Shown here: positions 7,948-15,920 of the stretch, piece by piece
Numbering within the stretch: the stretch's first letter is position 1
Layout of the letters: every line of letters starts with the position of its first letter
Assembly (NCBI GenBank): GCA_026625185.1
Contig: CP113000.1
Coordinates: 1,935,622 to 1,967,621, forward strand
Direction of reading: 5' to 3'
Origin: Thermodesulfobacteriota bacterium
GTDB taxonomy: Bacteria > Desulfobacterota > WTBG01 > JAGOGO01
Length of the DNA stretch: 32,000 nucleotides
Translations under genes and position numbers: made by a program
Notes under the pieces: model-generated
Database searches by the model: none
Seen by the model: the letters and a program-made list of their open reading frames with translations, nothing else
What the model was told of the DNA's origin: nothing

Positions 7948-9033
7948 TCATTTTTTAATGTTCTCCAACAAATAAGGGATAAGCGGCTCTTTCTTACCCT
8001 TTAAAGTCTTTTGAGACAGTTTTTTTGCTATAATCTTTTCTTTAACCATTTCGTACGTAGATTCGCTCAAAAGAATTTGCCCTGCTAAAGCCACCCCTTC
8101 TAAGCGTTGGGCTATATTTACCGTGTCGCCGACAATGGTATAATTCATTGCCCTTTCGGTTCCCACATTTCCAAAGATGACCTCTCCGGTACTTAATCCA
8201 ATGCCTAGACCTATTTTTTTCAGTCCTTCTTGTACCCATTTTTTTTGTAAATTAACGAACTCCCTTTGCATATCTACCGCTGCTTTAACTGACCTTAAGG
8301 CATCATCAGGATAACCCATAGGAGCCCCAAAGTAGGCCATTATTGCATCCCCTATATATTTATCAAGCGTTCCCTGATAATCAAAAATTACCTGTGTCAT
8401 TTTCTGAAAAAAATGATTTAAAGTGCTTACCACTTTTTCAGCGGGATGCGTTTCAGCAAAATTTGCGAAACCCCGAAGGTCAGCAAAGATAACTGTCACG
8501 ACCCTCTTTTCCCCCCCTAATCTTAAAAATTTTTCCGGGTCACTTAAGACTAAGTTGGCAATTTCATCGGAGAGATAAACCCTAAAGATTTCTCTCATCC
8601 GCTCCTTTTCTTCTTTTTGCTTTCGCTCTAACTCATCCCTCAAGTAACGCATTTGCAAAAGGGATTTAACCCGAGTTAAAAGTTCCAATTTATTGAAAGG
8701 CTTGGATAAAAAATCGTCTGCGCCGGCTTCGATTCCTTTAACTTTATCTTCTATCTCCTTTAACGCGGTTATCATTACAATGGGGGTAAATCGGGTTTTT
8801 TCATTTTTTTTTAAAAAACTACAGACCTGATACCCATCGAGCTTGGGCATCATAACATCGAGGAGGATGAGGTGAGGATCGCAATCTTCAACCACCATTA
8901 ATGCTTCTTCACCATCAAAAGCCTTTAAAACATCATACCCGGCCGCGCTGAGGTGGCCCTCCAGAAGTTCAACATTCTGCATATTATCATCAACGATCAA
9001 AATTTTTGAATATTGTGGAAGAGAGTGGTTCAT
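7948..9033 (-). CDS. response regulator receiver fused to class III adenylate/guanylate cyclase
   Basis: N-terminal REC domain (ILIVDDNMQNVELL...LILLDVMMPKLDG...KPF). C-terminal cyclase domain (VTVIFADLRGFANFAE...DKYIGDAIMAYFGAP...GNVGTERAMNYTIVGDTVNIAQRLE). Confidence 0.9.
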   Translation of the reverse strand: MNHSLPQYSKILIVDDNMQNVELLEGHLSAAGYDVLKAFDGEEALMVVEDCDPHLILLDVMMPKLDGYQVCSFLKKNEKTRFTPIVMITALKEIEDKVKGIEAGADDFLSKPFNKLELLTRVKSLLQMRYLRDELERKQKEEKERMREIFRVYLSDEIANLVLSDPEKFLRLGGEKRVVTVIFADLRGFANFAETHPAEKVVSTLNHFFQKMTQVIFDYQGTLDKYIGDAIMAYFGAPMGYPDDALRSVKAAVDMQREFVNLQKKWVQEGLKKIGLGIGLSTGEVIFGNVGTERAMNYTIVGDTVNIAQRLEGVALAGQILLSESTYEMVKEKIIAKKLSQKTLKGKKEPLIPYLLENIKK

Positions 9034-9076
9034 AATTAAATTTTTAGTTTAATCTTTATTAGCAACAAATTGACTT

Positions 9077-9105
9077 ATTTTAATAATTCAATTTTTACAA
9101 GTCAA
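9077..9105 (-). promoter_or_regulatory. candidate sigma70 promoter for the receiver-cyclase gene
   Basis: On the minus strand: TTGACT (9105-9100), a 17-nt spacer, then TAAAAT (9082-9077). This is about 45 nt upstream of the ATG at 9033. Confidence 0.5.
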
Positions 9106-9413
9106 GTTTTTTACCTATTGTCAACAATTGTCAGAAGTAAACCAAAAATTGGCAAAAGTTAACTAGTATTTAGCTTTGGTTTTCTAACTTTTCAGTTTCT
9201 ATAAGGTTTTTAAAGGTAAACGTCGTAAAAAAAATAATTACCATATTAATATTTAATTATAAATATATTTCCCTCCCCATGAATTGATATTAAAAAGGGA
9301 ACACCCTGTTTTTTTAAGATAGTAAACGTGATTTTAAAAATTAGCTTTAATTTTAATTTGTTGCGGATTTTTATTTTTTTGAAAATGGCTTTGAACGGTA
9401 TTATATTTTTCAA

Positions 9414-9429
9414 TGGTATAGTTATTGCT
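9414..9429 (+). promoter_or_regulatory. candidate sigma54 (-24/-12) promoter upstream of the pilin gene
   Basis: TGGTAT-AGTTA-TTGCT fits TGGCAC-N5-TTGCW with exact GG-N10-GC spacing. Type IV pilin genes are often RpoN-dependent. Confidence 0.35.
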
Positions 9430-9468
9430 TATTGGTATTATCAAATTAGATTAAAATAATTAATTACT

Positions 9469-9586
9469 GAGATAAAGCCACACCCGTCGTGAGGCGGGGC
9501 CGGAAAGCCACGGGTCTTAAAATTGAAAGATAGCCGTGTTGCCAAAAAAGCGATCCGGTTTTTTCTTTATCTGCGTCACGATAAAG
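9469..9586 (+). promoter_or_regulatory. structured 5' leader of the pilin gene (candidate cis-regulatory RNA, class unknown)
   Basis: Nested helices. AGATAAAG (9470-9477) pairs with CTTTATCT (9565-9572). A GNRA hairpin CCCGTC-GTGA-GGCGGG lies at 9483-9498. CCGGA (9500-9504) pairs with TCCGG (9554-9558), followed by T6. CACGG (9509-9513) pairs with CCGTG (9534-9538). A competing hairpin is CTTTATC (9565-9571) with GATAAAG (9580-9586). Confidence 0.3.
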
Positions 9587-9681
9587 GTGCGGGATCAATA
9601 AAAACAACAAAAAATGATATCGGCAGGAAAATACCGTACACCGTACAAATTAAACATGTTACTGGGGAGCTCAGAAAAACA

Positions 9682-10122
9682 ATGAAAAAAAGAAAAGGAA
9701 TATTTCGGAGCCTAAAAGGGTTTACCTTGGTTGAGTTGATGATTGTGGTTATCATTATCGGTATTCTGACCGCAGTTGGCGTGCCTCTTTATATGGGGTA
9801 TGTCCGAGACGCCAAGGCCGCATCTGCTCAGGCGACTATTGGCGTTATTGTCAACGCCGAAAAACTTTACCACCAATTTCATGGGACATTTAAAGGTGGT
9901 ATTGACGTTTCGACTGTTCCTAATGACTTAAACATTGATGTCCGGGATGCGACCCAGTATTGGACGATCATAATTCCAAGTGCTTCCGATACTAACTTCA
10001 CGGCCTTAGCTACCGGGAAAGCAGGCACTGATTATGAAGGAATTCAAGTCGAACTTAAATACGATATGGCTAATCCAGAGGTATGGATCTTTAGAGAAAA
10101 CGGGATACAATGGAATACATAA
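9682..10122 (+). CDS. type IV pilin-like protein (prepilin-type N-terminal cleavage/methylation domain)
   Basis: MKKRKGIFRSLKG|FTLVELMIVVIIIGILTAVGVPLY is the class III signal with the G-F cleavage site and Glu+5. The start was moved to the ATG at 9682 (GGGGAG lies upstream). The 53-aa extension in the ORF track is not pilin-like. Confidence 0.85.
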   Translation: MKKRKGIFRSLKGFTLVELMIVVIIIGILTAVGVPLYMGYVRDAKAASAQATIGVIVNAEKLYHQFHGTFKGGIDVSTVPNDLNIDVRDATQYWTIIIPSASDTNFTALATGKAGTDYEGIQVELKYDMANPEVWIFRENGIQWNT

Positions 10123-10220
10123 AAATTTCCTTTTCCCTTAGCGAGGATAGTATGGTTGGCTGTTAATCTTCAAAAAAAATAGTTTTTTATAAAGTAGATT
10201 AAGAATAAAATTTTTACTTA

Positions 10221-10253
10221 AAAAAGCCCTGTCATACTGAAAGGGCTTTTTTT
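10221..10253 (+). terminator. intrinsic terminator after the pilin gene
   Basis: AAAAAGCCCT-gtcatactgaa-AGGGCTTTTT, with the T-run extending to 10253. Confidence 0.75.
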
Positions 10254-10368
10254 GTGTTTTTACAATCTATTGCAATGATTTTAAATTTTTGTTAATTATA
10301 TAGCAACCAAAATTAAGGAGTTCTTTGATATAACCCGATGGAGCGGACGTTATGTTCAAGGAGACCAC

Positions 10369-11109
10369 ATGAATGTAAATTCGGAAAACAAATTTATCTC
10401 AACGATCTCCCATAAATTGAAGACTCCCTTAAACGCGATTCTTGGCTTTTCTGAGCTTTTAGTAGAACAGGTATACGGCACGCTCAATGAAAAACAGATT
10501 CATTATCTAAAAAATATCCACTCGAGCGGTGAAAACCTTCTGACCCTCTTAAATGACTTGATGGATTTAATGAATTTCCGCTGGGGTGAAACGCAGCTTA
10601 ACTATTCTGATTTTTCCCTTCCCCTCGCTATCAATGAAGCATGCGAATCAGTGAAAAACTGGGTTGCAAAAAAAAATATTTCTTTGGAAATAAACAATGG
10701 TGAAGGGGTATCTGTTATCAGAGCTGACGAGGCTAAATTCATGAAGATACTGCACCATCTTCTCTCGAACGCGATTAAATTTACGCAGCCCGGGGGCGAG
10801 GTGAAAATATCAACCCAGTTCCTTAAAGCCCCAACTGATGAAGGTTCGCCTTTTTCCCCCCAGATCTACATTGAGGTCACGGTTGCAGACACGGGCATTG
10901 GGATACACCCTCAAGACCAAGAAAAAATATTTTCCGAATTTTATCAAGTTGACCCGAATCGTTCTCAGGATTTTGAGGGAACTGGATTGGGTCTTTGTAT
11001 AACCCGTGAACTGGTTAAGCTGCACCGGGGGAGAATTTGGGTGGAAAGTGAAGGGGGAAAGGGAAGTAAATTTTCCTTTGCCATTCCCAAGGTTGATAAC
11101 CAGGTTTGA
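10369..11109 (+). CDS. histidine kinase core (HisKA + HATPase_c, no sensor or TM domain)
   Basis: H-box ISTISHKLKTPLNAILGFSELL, N-box LLSNAIKFT, DTGIGI and GTGLGLCITRELVKLHRG. AAGGAG lies 6 nt upstream of the ATG. Confidence 0.9.
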   Translation: MNVNSENKFISTISHKLKTPLNAILGFSELLVEQVYGTLNEKQIHYLKNIHSSGENLLTLLNDLMDLMNFRWGETQLNYSDFSLPLAINEACESVKNWVAKKNISLEINNGEGVSVIRADEAKFMKILHHLLSNAIKFTQPGGEVKISTQFLKAPTDEGSPFSPQIYIEVTVADTGIGIHPQDQEKIFSEFYQVDPNRSQDFEGTGLGLCITRELVKLHRGRIWVESEGGKGSKFSFAIPKVDNQV

Positions 11110-11492
11110 TGAGGTTTCCCATGGCAGGAGCAAAAATTCTTCTGGCAGATGACACCCGGTTAAACCGAGAACTCGCTAAAGATCTTTTAGAGATGGAAGG
11201 ATATCAGATAATTGAGGCTATTTCCGGAAGCGAGTGTATTGATAAAGCTCGTCAGAATAAACCTGATATTATTTTATTGGATATCGAATTACCCGACATG
11301 AGCGGATTGGAAGTAATTAAAGTTATAAAAAAAGATGCTGAGATCAACTCCATACCCGTGGTTGCGTTTACGGGTTATAACCGAAACGAAGAGGGGGAGA
11401 ACTTTCTCGCTGCAGGATTTGCCGGATTTATTTCTAAACCTTTTGATATAAAAAAGTTTACTCAGATGGTGGCCGAGTTCTTAAAAAAATAA
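11109..11492 (+). CDS. single-domain response regulator (CheY-like receiver)
   Basis: KILLADDTRLNRELAKDLLE...DIILLDIELPDMSGLEV...FISKPF. The ATG at 11109 overlaps the kinase stop (TGATG). Confidence 0.9.
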   Translation: MRFPMAGAKILLADDTRLNRELAKDLLEMEGYQIIEAISGSECIDKARQNKPDIILLDIELPDMSGLEVIKVIKKDAEINSIPVVAFTGYNRNEEGENFLAAGFAGFISKPFDIKKFTQMVAEFLKK

Positions 11493-11582
11493 GCTTGGAT
11501 TATAAACTTACAAACTTGACCAAACTCCCTTGTTGGTCTACCTCATGTTCGGGAAGATCAGGGACCTACAGGTTCGTTTGGT

Positions 11583-12404
11583 CTAATTGACCGTAATGAT
11601 CGGACAACCAGCTTCCCGCACAAGCTTCACTGCCACATTGCCGAAGAGAAATTCCTGCGCTTTAGACATCTTGGTCCCTCCGATTACAATGGTATCGTAG
11701 TGAAACTGCTTCTGCTCTTCCATGATTTTCAGGGCAACGCTTTTCTCGAAAATATGGGAGGTCTTGATCTGGAACGATCCCTTTGGGAAACCTCCCTCAA
11801 GGAGAATATTTTGTGTTTGTTCAGTGAGGCCGGAAATTTCGGACTGGCTCTTCTTTTTGGCATTCTCCCATTCCTCTTTTGTGCTAAAGAGATCGAATGA
11901 AGGCTCACGGACGATTCCGAGGACAGTCACCGCGGTTCCCTTCTGACCGGCAAACGTGTCCACAACATACTTAGCCGCTTTCAAAACATTCGGCGAATTG
12001 TAAATGCAAAGGAGCAGATTTCGGCCATGATCCATAACAGTCCTCGTTGGAACTTCCGGGGCGGTCACCAGAGAAGCAAAGTGAGACACTCTGGCATCGT
12101 GATAAAAGCCCACGAAATAAGCAATAAGGAAAAACACCAGTAGTTCAATGACATTCAAGGCATGATAACGAAGCCCCGCTCCCATGGTGTCCATGAAAGT
12201 CCAGGGAAGAAAAAGCATGGCCACAATAGCACACATGGTGAGGCCCCACTTTTTCCCGAACCAATAGGAGCAAAGTATGACGGGAATGAGGTAAAGTTCA
12301 CGGTGAATAAGGTGCAGAACCGGTTGATGCCGGGTGGTAAAATGGAGAAAGGAAACGCCAAAGGTTAGCAGAACAATCAGAAGTATCTTTTGTTTCCGGC
12401 TCAC
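11583..12404 (-). CDS. membrane protein with N-terminal multi-TM module and C-terminal universal stress protein (Usp) domain
   Basis: N-terminal hydrophobic segments (LIVLLTFGVSFLHF, LYLIPVILCSYWFG, LTMCAIVAMLFLPW, VIELLVFFLIAYFVGF). C-terminal Usp-like region (NLLLCIYNSPNVLKAAKYVV...YDTIVIGGTKMSKAQEFLFGNVAVKLVREAGCPIITV). Confidence 0.8.
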   Translation of the reverse strand: MSRKQKILLIVLLTFGVSFLHFTTRHQPVLHLIHRELYLIPVILCSYWFGKKWGLTMCAIVAMLFLPWTFMDTMGAGLRYHALNVIELLVFFLIAYFVGFYHDARVSHFASLVTAPEVPTRTVMDHGRNLLLCIYNSPNVLKAAKYVVDTFAGQKGTAVTVLGIVREPSFDLFSTKEEWENAKKKSQSEISGLTEQTQNILLEGGFPKGSFQIKTSHIFEKSVALKIMEEQKQFHYDTIVIGGTKMSKAQEFLFGNVAVKLVREAGCPIITVN

Positions 12405-12486
12405 AATCTTTCTCCCATCAAAAATGGTTAGCTATTAAAAAAGGAAATGAACAGTAAATTTATTTTACTCACAGTTGCAAAGCGAA

Positions 12487-13455
12487 CTACCGTACCAATT
12501 CTTCTTCGCACTCCTTGATATCTTCCAAAAGCTCTTCTGCAGTTTCATAGAAAACCTCCGCTCCGCAACTAAAGAAAAGCAGGATATTATTTAGACGCTG
12601 AGGGATGTAAGGAAAAATCTTCTTCAAGTTCATAATCCGGTGCCGGATAAAAAGAGACATGTCCTCAAGACGCAGATCGGATGCTATTCTTTCTCCTTCA
12701 GGTCCCCAGGCTGCTACCTCCCTGGGGCTGTATAAACCCTTTCCGGCGGTAAAGAGAAGGATGTTTCCCAAACCGAAGAGATCAACCCCGAAGTGGTTCT
12801 CTGACCAGTTGTACTTGAAGTCAAAGTCAATCCAGATGTGTTTTCCATTGTTCCGATGAATAAATATATGGTCATTTCTAATGTCTCCGTGAACCTCGCC
12901 GATTTGATGGAGCTTGTTAATAGCTTCCATGCAGCTCATTACTTGTTTCAGAATGTTTGGAAGATACTGGTGAAAATACGTTTCATGATCTACATTAAGG
13001 CGCTGGAGGAATTCATAATATGAGTTGCCTCGAATCTTATCGATGATGCGGATATGGTTTCCGGCGGTGTCGATCACCGTGGTCCCTTGCATAAAAGCAG
13101 GATCACCTTTAACCATCTCAAGGACGCGCGCTTCCTTTTGGGGACTTCGGTAACAAAGGATTTCCTCCCCCCCCAGGTGCATGGTAAAAGATTCATGGAA
13201 TACCAGCTTAATGATTTTCGGATCACCGGTGGCGAGGTCAACAGCTCTTTTAACCCAGAACTTGGGTTCTCCTTCGAGGTCAAAGCGTTCTTCTTTTTCA
13301 TCTCCGCGGACAAGGTAGTAAGTTCCATTTAGCTCCAAAACGTCGTTTGGTCTGATATTCATAAACTCGGTGGTATCGGTGATAATACTCAATTGGCCTC
13401 TTGGTGCGAAGTGAGTGTACTCTTTGATTTTTTCGCGCAATTCTGCCTCAGTCAT
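12487..13455 (-). CDS. protein-kinase-like fold protein (atypical Ser/Thr kinase or pseudokinase)
   Basis: A catalytic-loop-like HGDIRNDHIFI (compare HRDLKPEN) and IDFD (compare DFG), plus KIIKL as a possible VAIK lysine. No clear Gly-rich loop. Confidence 0.6.
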   Translation of the reverse strand: MTEAELREKIKEYTHFAPRGQLSIITDTTEFMNIRPNDVLELNGTYYLVRGDEKEERFDLEGEPKFWVKRAVDLATGDPKIIKLVFHESFTMHLGGEEILCYRSPQKEARVLEMVKGDPAFMQGTTVIDTAGNHIRIIDKIRGNSYYEFLQRLNVDHETYFHQYLPNILKQVMSCMEAINKLHQIGEVHGDIRNDHIFIHRNNGKHIWIDFDFKYNWSENHFGVDLFGLGNILLFTAGKGLYSPREVAAWGPEGERIASDLRLEDMSLFIRHRIMNLKKIFPYIPQRLNNILLFFSCGAEVFYETAEELLEDIKECEEELVR

Positions 13456-13584
13456 TTCGATTACCTCGAAAAACCATGGTGCTCCCTCACCGAGATCCTT
13501 TGTAACATTGGTTTGTTCCTGTCACCGCTTTTTAAATTATAGGCGCCATCCTCCCATCACTCTGAGAAACCTACCTGCGGGGGA

Positions 13585-14646
13585 TTAGGGATTACAACTG
13601 ACCTCCTTATTTGGAAAGGTCTCTTCACCAAGAAGAGGAAGTTCTAAGGAAACTCTGGTGCCCTTTCCCTGGGTACTCCTGATGCTTATGTCTCCACCAT
13701 GCTCTCTGGCGACTTTACGTGCAATCGCAAGTCCTAACCCCGTCCCCTTTGGTTTGGTGGTGAAAAAAGGAAGAAAAATTTTTTCAATGCAATGTTCAGG
13801 AATTCCGTCGCCTTCATCTTTGATTACGACTCTCAGGAGCTTGCGACCTCTTTCAGCCTTAAGCCTAACCTTACCGCCCTTTTCAGGGGAAGCATGAAGA
13901 GCGTTCTGGAGCACGTTAATAATAGCCTGGCGAATCATCTCCAAGTCGAGATAAGCTTCACCGATTCCTTCATGGCAATTGCAAATCAGTTCAACGCCTT
14001 TTTCCTTAAACTCTTCACTGAGGGTGTGACAAATATCGTGCAGCAAGGCTTCAACCGCAATCGGCTCTCGTTGAATCGAAGCCCGTCGGGCAAAGGTGAG
14101 CATGTTCTTGGCAATTTTCTCTAACCGGGACGACTCGCGTTGTGCGATTTCTATATAGGACTCTGCCTTTCCATCCATAGGGCAGGTTTGCCGAAGCAAC
14201 CGGAGGAACCCTCGAACCGGGATCACGATGTTTTTAATCTCGTGGGCTACAAAAGCGGCAGCTTCCCCTATGGATGCAAGCGTTTGAAGTTCTTGGTTAC
14301 GAGCTCTTTGCCTGTGCTCCATTTGGGTTAGAATTCCTACCATTGGACCGAAAAGGTTAAACAGAATGACCTCAAGAATCTTATTCCAGAAAACAAAACC
14401 GCTTTCTCCCCATCCCATCCAGAGGTGAGGGAAATAAAGTAAGGTCACGACCACAGGAACACCAGTCCCTCCTATCAGCCCAAACCAGAACCCCCCCAAA
14501 AATATCGGTAAGTAGTATAACCGAGCAAATAACTCATGTGGAAAAGGCAAGGATAAGGGAGTTCGATAATGGAACCAGGTTATCACAGCGACCAGTACGA
14601 TAACCACCAGGAGTTTTGTTCGGTCACTATTCCTACCAGTTAGCAT
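13585..14646 (-). CDS. membrane sensor histidine kinase
   Basis: N-terminal TM module. H-box AAFVAHEIKNIVIPV, N-box NVLQNALHA, DEGDGIP and TTKPKGTGLGLAIARKVAREHGG. Confidence 0.9.
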   Translation of the reverse strand: MLTGRNSDRTKLLVVIVLVAVITWFHYRTPLSLPFPHELFARLYYLPIFLGGFWFGLIGGTGVPVVVTLLYFPHLWMGWGESGFVFWNKILEVILFNLFGPMVGILTQMEHRQRARNQELQTLASIGEAAAFVAHEIKNIVIPVRGFLRLLRQTCPMDGKAESYIEIAQRESSRLEKIAKNMLTFARRASIQREPIAVEALLHDICHTLSEEFKEKGVELICNCHEGIGEAYLDLEMIRQAIINVLQNALHASPEKGGKVRLKAERGRKLLRVVIKDEGDGIPEHCIEKIFLPFFTTKPKGTGLGLAIARKVAREHGGDISIRSTQGKGTRVSLELPLLGEETFPNKEVSCNP

Positions 14647-14835
14647 AGTAACTTCCTCTCCATATTACCGAACCTGCATTCAAGTTTTTCAGTTTGAGAA
14701 TTCCAAACTAAGGTTATCAATATCCCCGAATAAAATGTACCTTAATGATGCTCATTTTTATTGATAAGTTAGCGGTGGATTTCATTCGCAACGACCTTAG
14801 TCAAAAATAAAAAAAACTGGGCCTTTTGAACAGGG

Positions 14836-15249
14836 TTAGTGCACATGGCCCTGGTGTGCTGCCGACGGATTCTCACTTTCTTGTACATTGGGAATCGTCT
14901 TAGAGGCAGAGCTTACAAAACCAGTGGTCTTTTCTACTTGCAATTTATCAACCACAGAACCATCCTTGGTTATGACTGGAGCTATAAAATAATCTTGGGT
15001 TTCGGAGACCTCTCCCAATACAAGATCTGGATTGTTAGCTGATTTAAGGTGGTCTTCCATAAACGCTTTTGCTTGGTCATGAGTCACCGGTTGGGCATGC
15101 TCGGCCCCACTTTGCTGGTGACCAGAATGGGAACTCATATCTCCATGCCCCATCATACCCTCCTGGCACATCATACCGGCAAAACCGAGCTTCATATCGA
15201 GAAAGACAGCGACCATCATTACCAATGTGATTAAAACGATCTTTTTCAT
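14836..15249 (-). CDS. secreted Met/His-rich protein with PepSY-like C-terminal region (putative periplasmic metal binding)
   Basis: Signal peptide MKKIVLITLVMMVAVF. Met/His tract GMMCQEGMMGHGDMSSHSGH. C-terminus ends HQGHVH. The region LGEVSETQDYFIAPVITKDGSVVDKLQVEKTTG looks PepSY-like. AAAAGGAGAA RBS. Confidence 0.6.
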   Translation of the reverse strand: MKKIVLITLVMMVAVFLDMKLGFAGMMCQEGMMGHGDMSSHSGHQQSGAEHAQPVTHDQAKAFMEDHLKSANNPDLVLGEVSETQDYFIAPVITKDGSVVDKLQVEKTTGFVSSASKTIPNVQESENPSAAHQGHVH

Positions 15250-15364
15250 AAGCGTTCTCCTTTTAAAAATTTAGATTCACCGATTTGAAAAATTGGAAAA
15301 ATGAAATTAAAAGCTTTTGAGATAAAGCTTCTTCATTAGGAGAGGAATGACCGTGGAGTTAGAT

Positions 15365-15745
15365 TTATAGTAAAAAGGTAGAGTTTTTTAAGAAAAATGG
15401 CAGGTTGGGTTGATTGAAATTGGTAATAGAATAATAAAATGTCCTTAAGTTTTGGAGAGGCTTTTGGCCAAAGTCCACAAAAGTTTGAAGATAAAATGGC
15501 TTAAATAATGAGATCGGGGATTCATAAATACCATCATTTTTCCCGGTTTCCGCTTTGAAACAGTTTGGACAAACTGGATTGTGATACTTTTTGAGTTGGT
15601 TGGAGGAATTCTGGCATGAATAGAGGGGCGCTAAAGAATTCCGGCAACAAGGTGAATTACAGCACGTAGCTGCCTTCAATAATTCTATCTCGGGGGATAA
15701 AGCAAAATAGAGAAGAAAAAAGAATAAAATAATTTTTTTTGCCAT
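15365..15745 (-). CDS. hypothetical Cys-rich secreted protein
   Basis: 126-aa ORF with a hydrophobic N-terminus and CCNSPCC ... CPNC. No recognisable SD, AT-rich, no family recognised. Confidence 0.3.
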   Translation of the reverse strand: MAKKIILFFFLLYFALSPEIELLKAATCCNSPCCRNSLAPLYSCQNSSNQLKKYHNPVCPNCFKAETGKNDGIYESPISLFKPFYLQTFVDFGQKPLQNLRTFYYSITNFNQPNLPFFLKNSTFLL

Positions 15746-15920
15746 TTTCTAAAATCTTTGGTTAGGTTTTAATTAACTACTGGCTTCAATGTATTTAACC
15801 ATTCAGTGAGGGAAAACCCCCAATATTTTTAGACTTGAGGTAAATAAATATTATGTGTAAAATAAAAGTGGCCTGCCTAAAGCCTTTCTTTGATAAAAAA
15901 AGCCTCGAACAGGAAAGATA

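Noticed and set aside
9291-9315. Small hairpin plus T7 run as an orphan terminator or sRNA end
   Set aside because: The stem is only GGG/CCC with A-T extensions and no upstream gene or promoter is evident. Such T-runs are frequent in this AT-rich spacer.
9469-9572. Assignment of the pilin leader to the c-di-GMP-I/GEMM-I (or cGAMP GEMM-Ib) riboswitch class
   Set aside because: The 3' part GAUAGCCGUGUUGCCAA loosely resembles GGUAGCGGGGUUACCGA, and a GNRA hairpin is present. The conserved GGCAAA and ACGCAAAGC cores are absent. It cannot be called without a covariance-model search and is kept only as an unclassified structured leader.
9523-9681. 53-aa N-terminal extension of the pilin ORF in the ORF track
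   Set aside because: It begins at a non-ATG codon and has no pilin-like or signal features. It would bury the class III signal peptide, which must be N-terminal. The ATG at 9682 gives the canonical MKKRKG...G|FTLVELM.
9682-10122. Geobacter-style truncated conductive e-pilin
   Set aside because: The mature protein is about 133 aa with a full globular C-terminal domain, not the ~60-aa truncated type. Nothing in the sequence supports conductivity claims.
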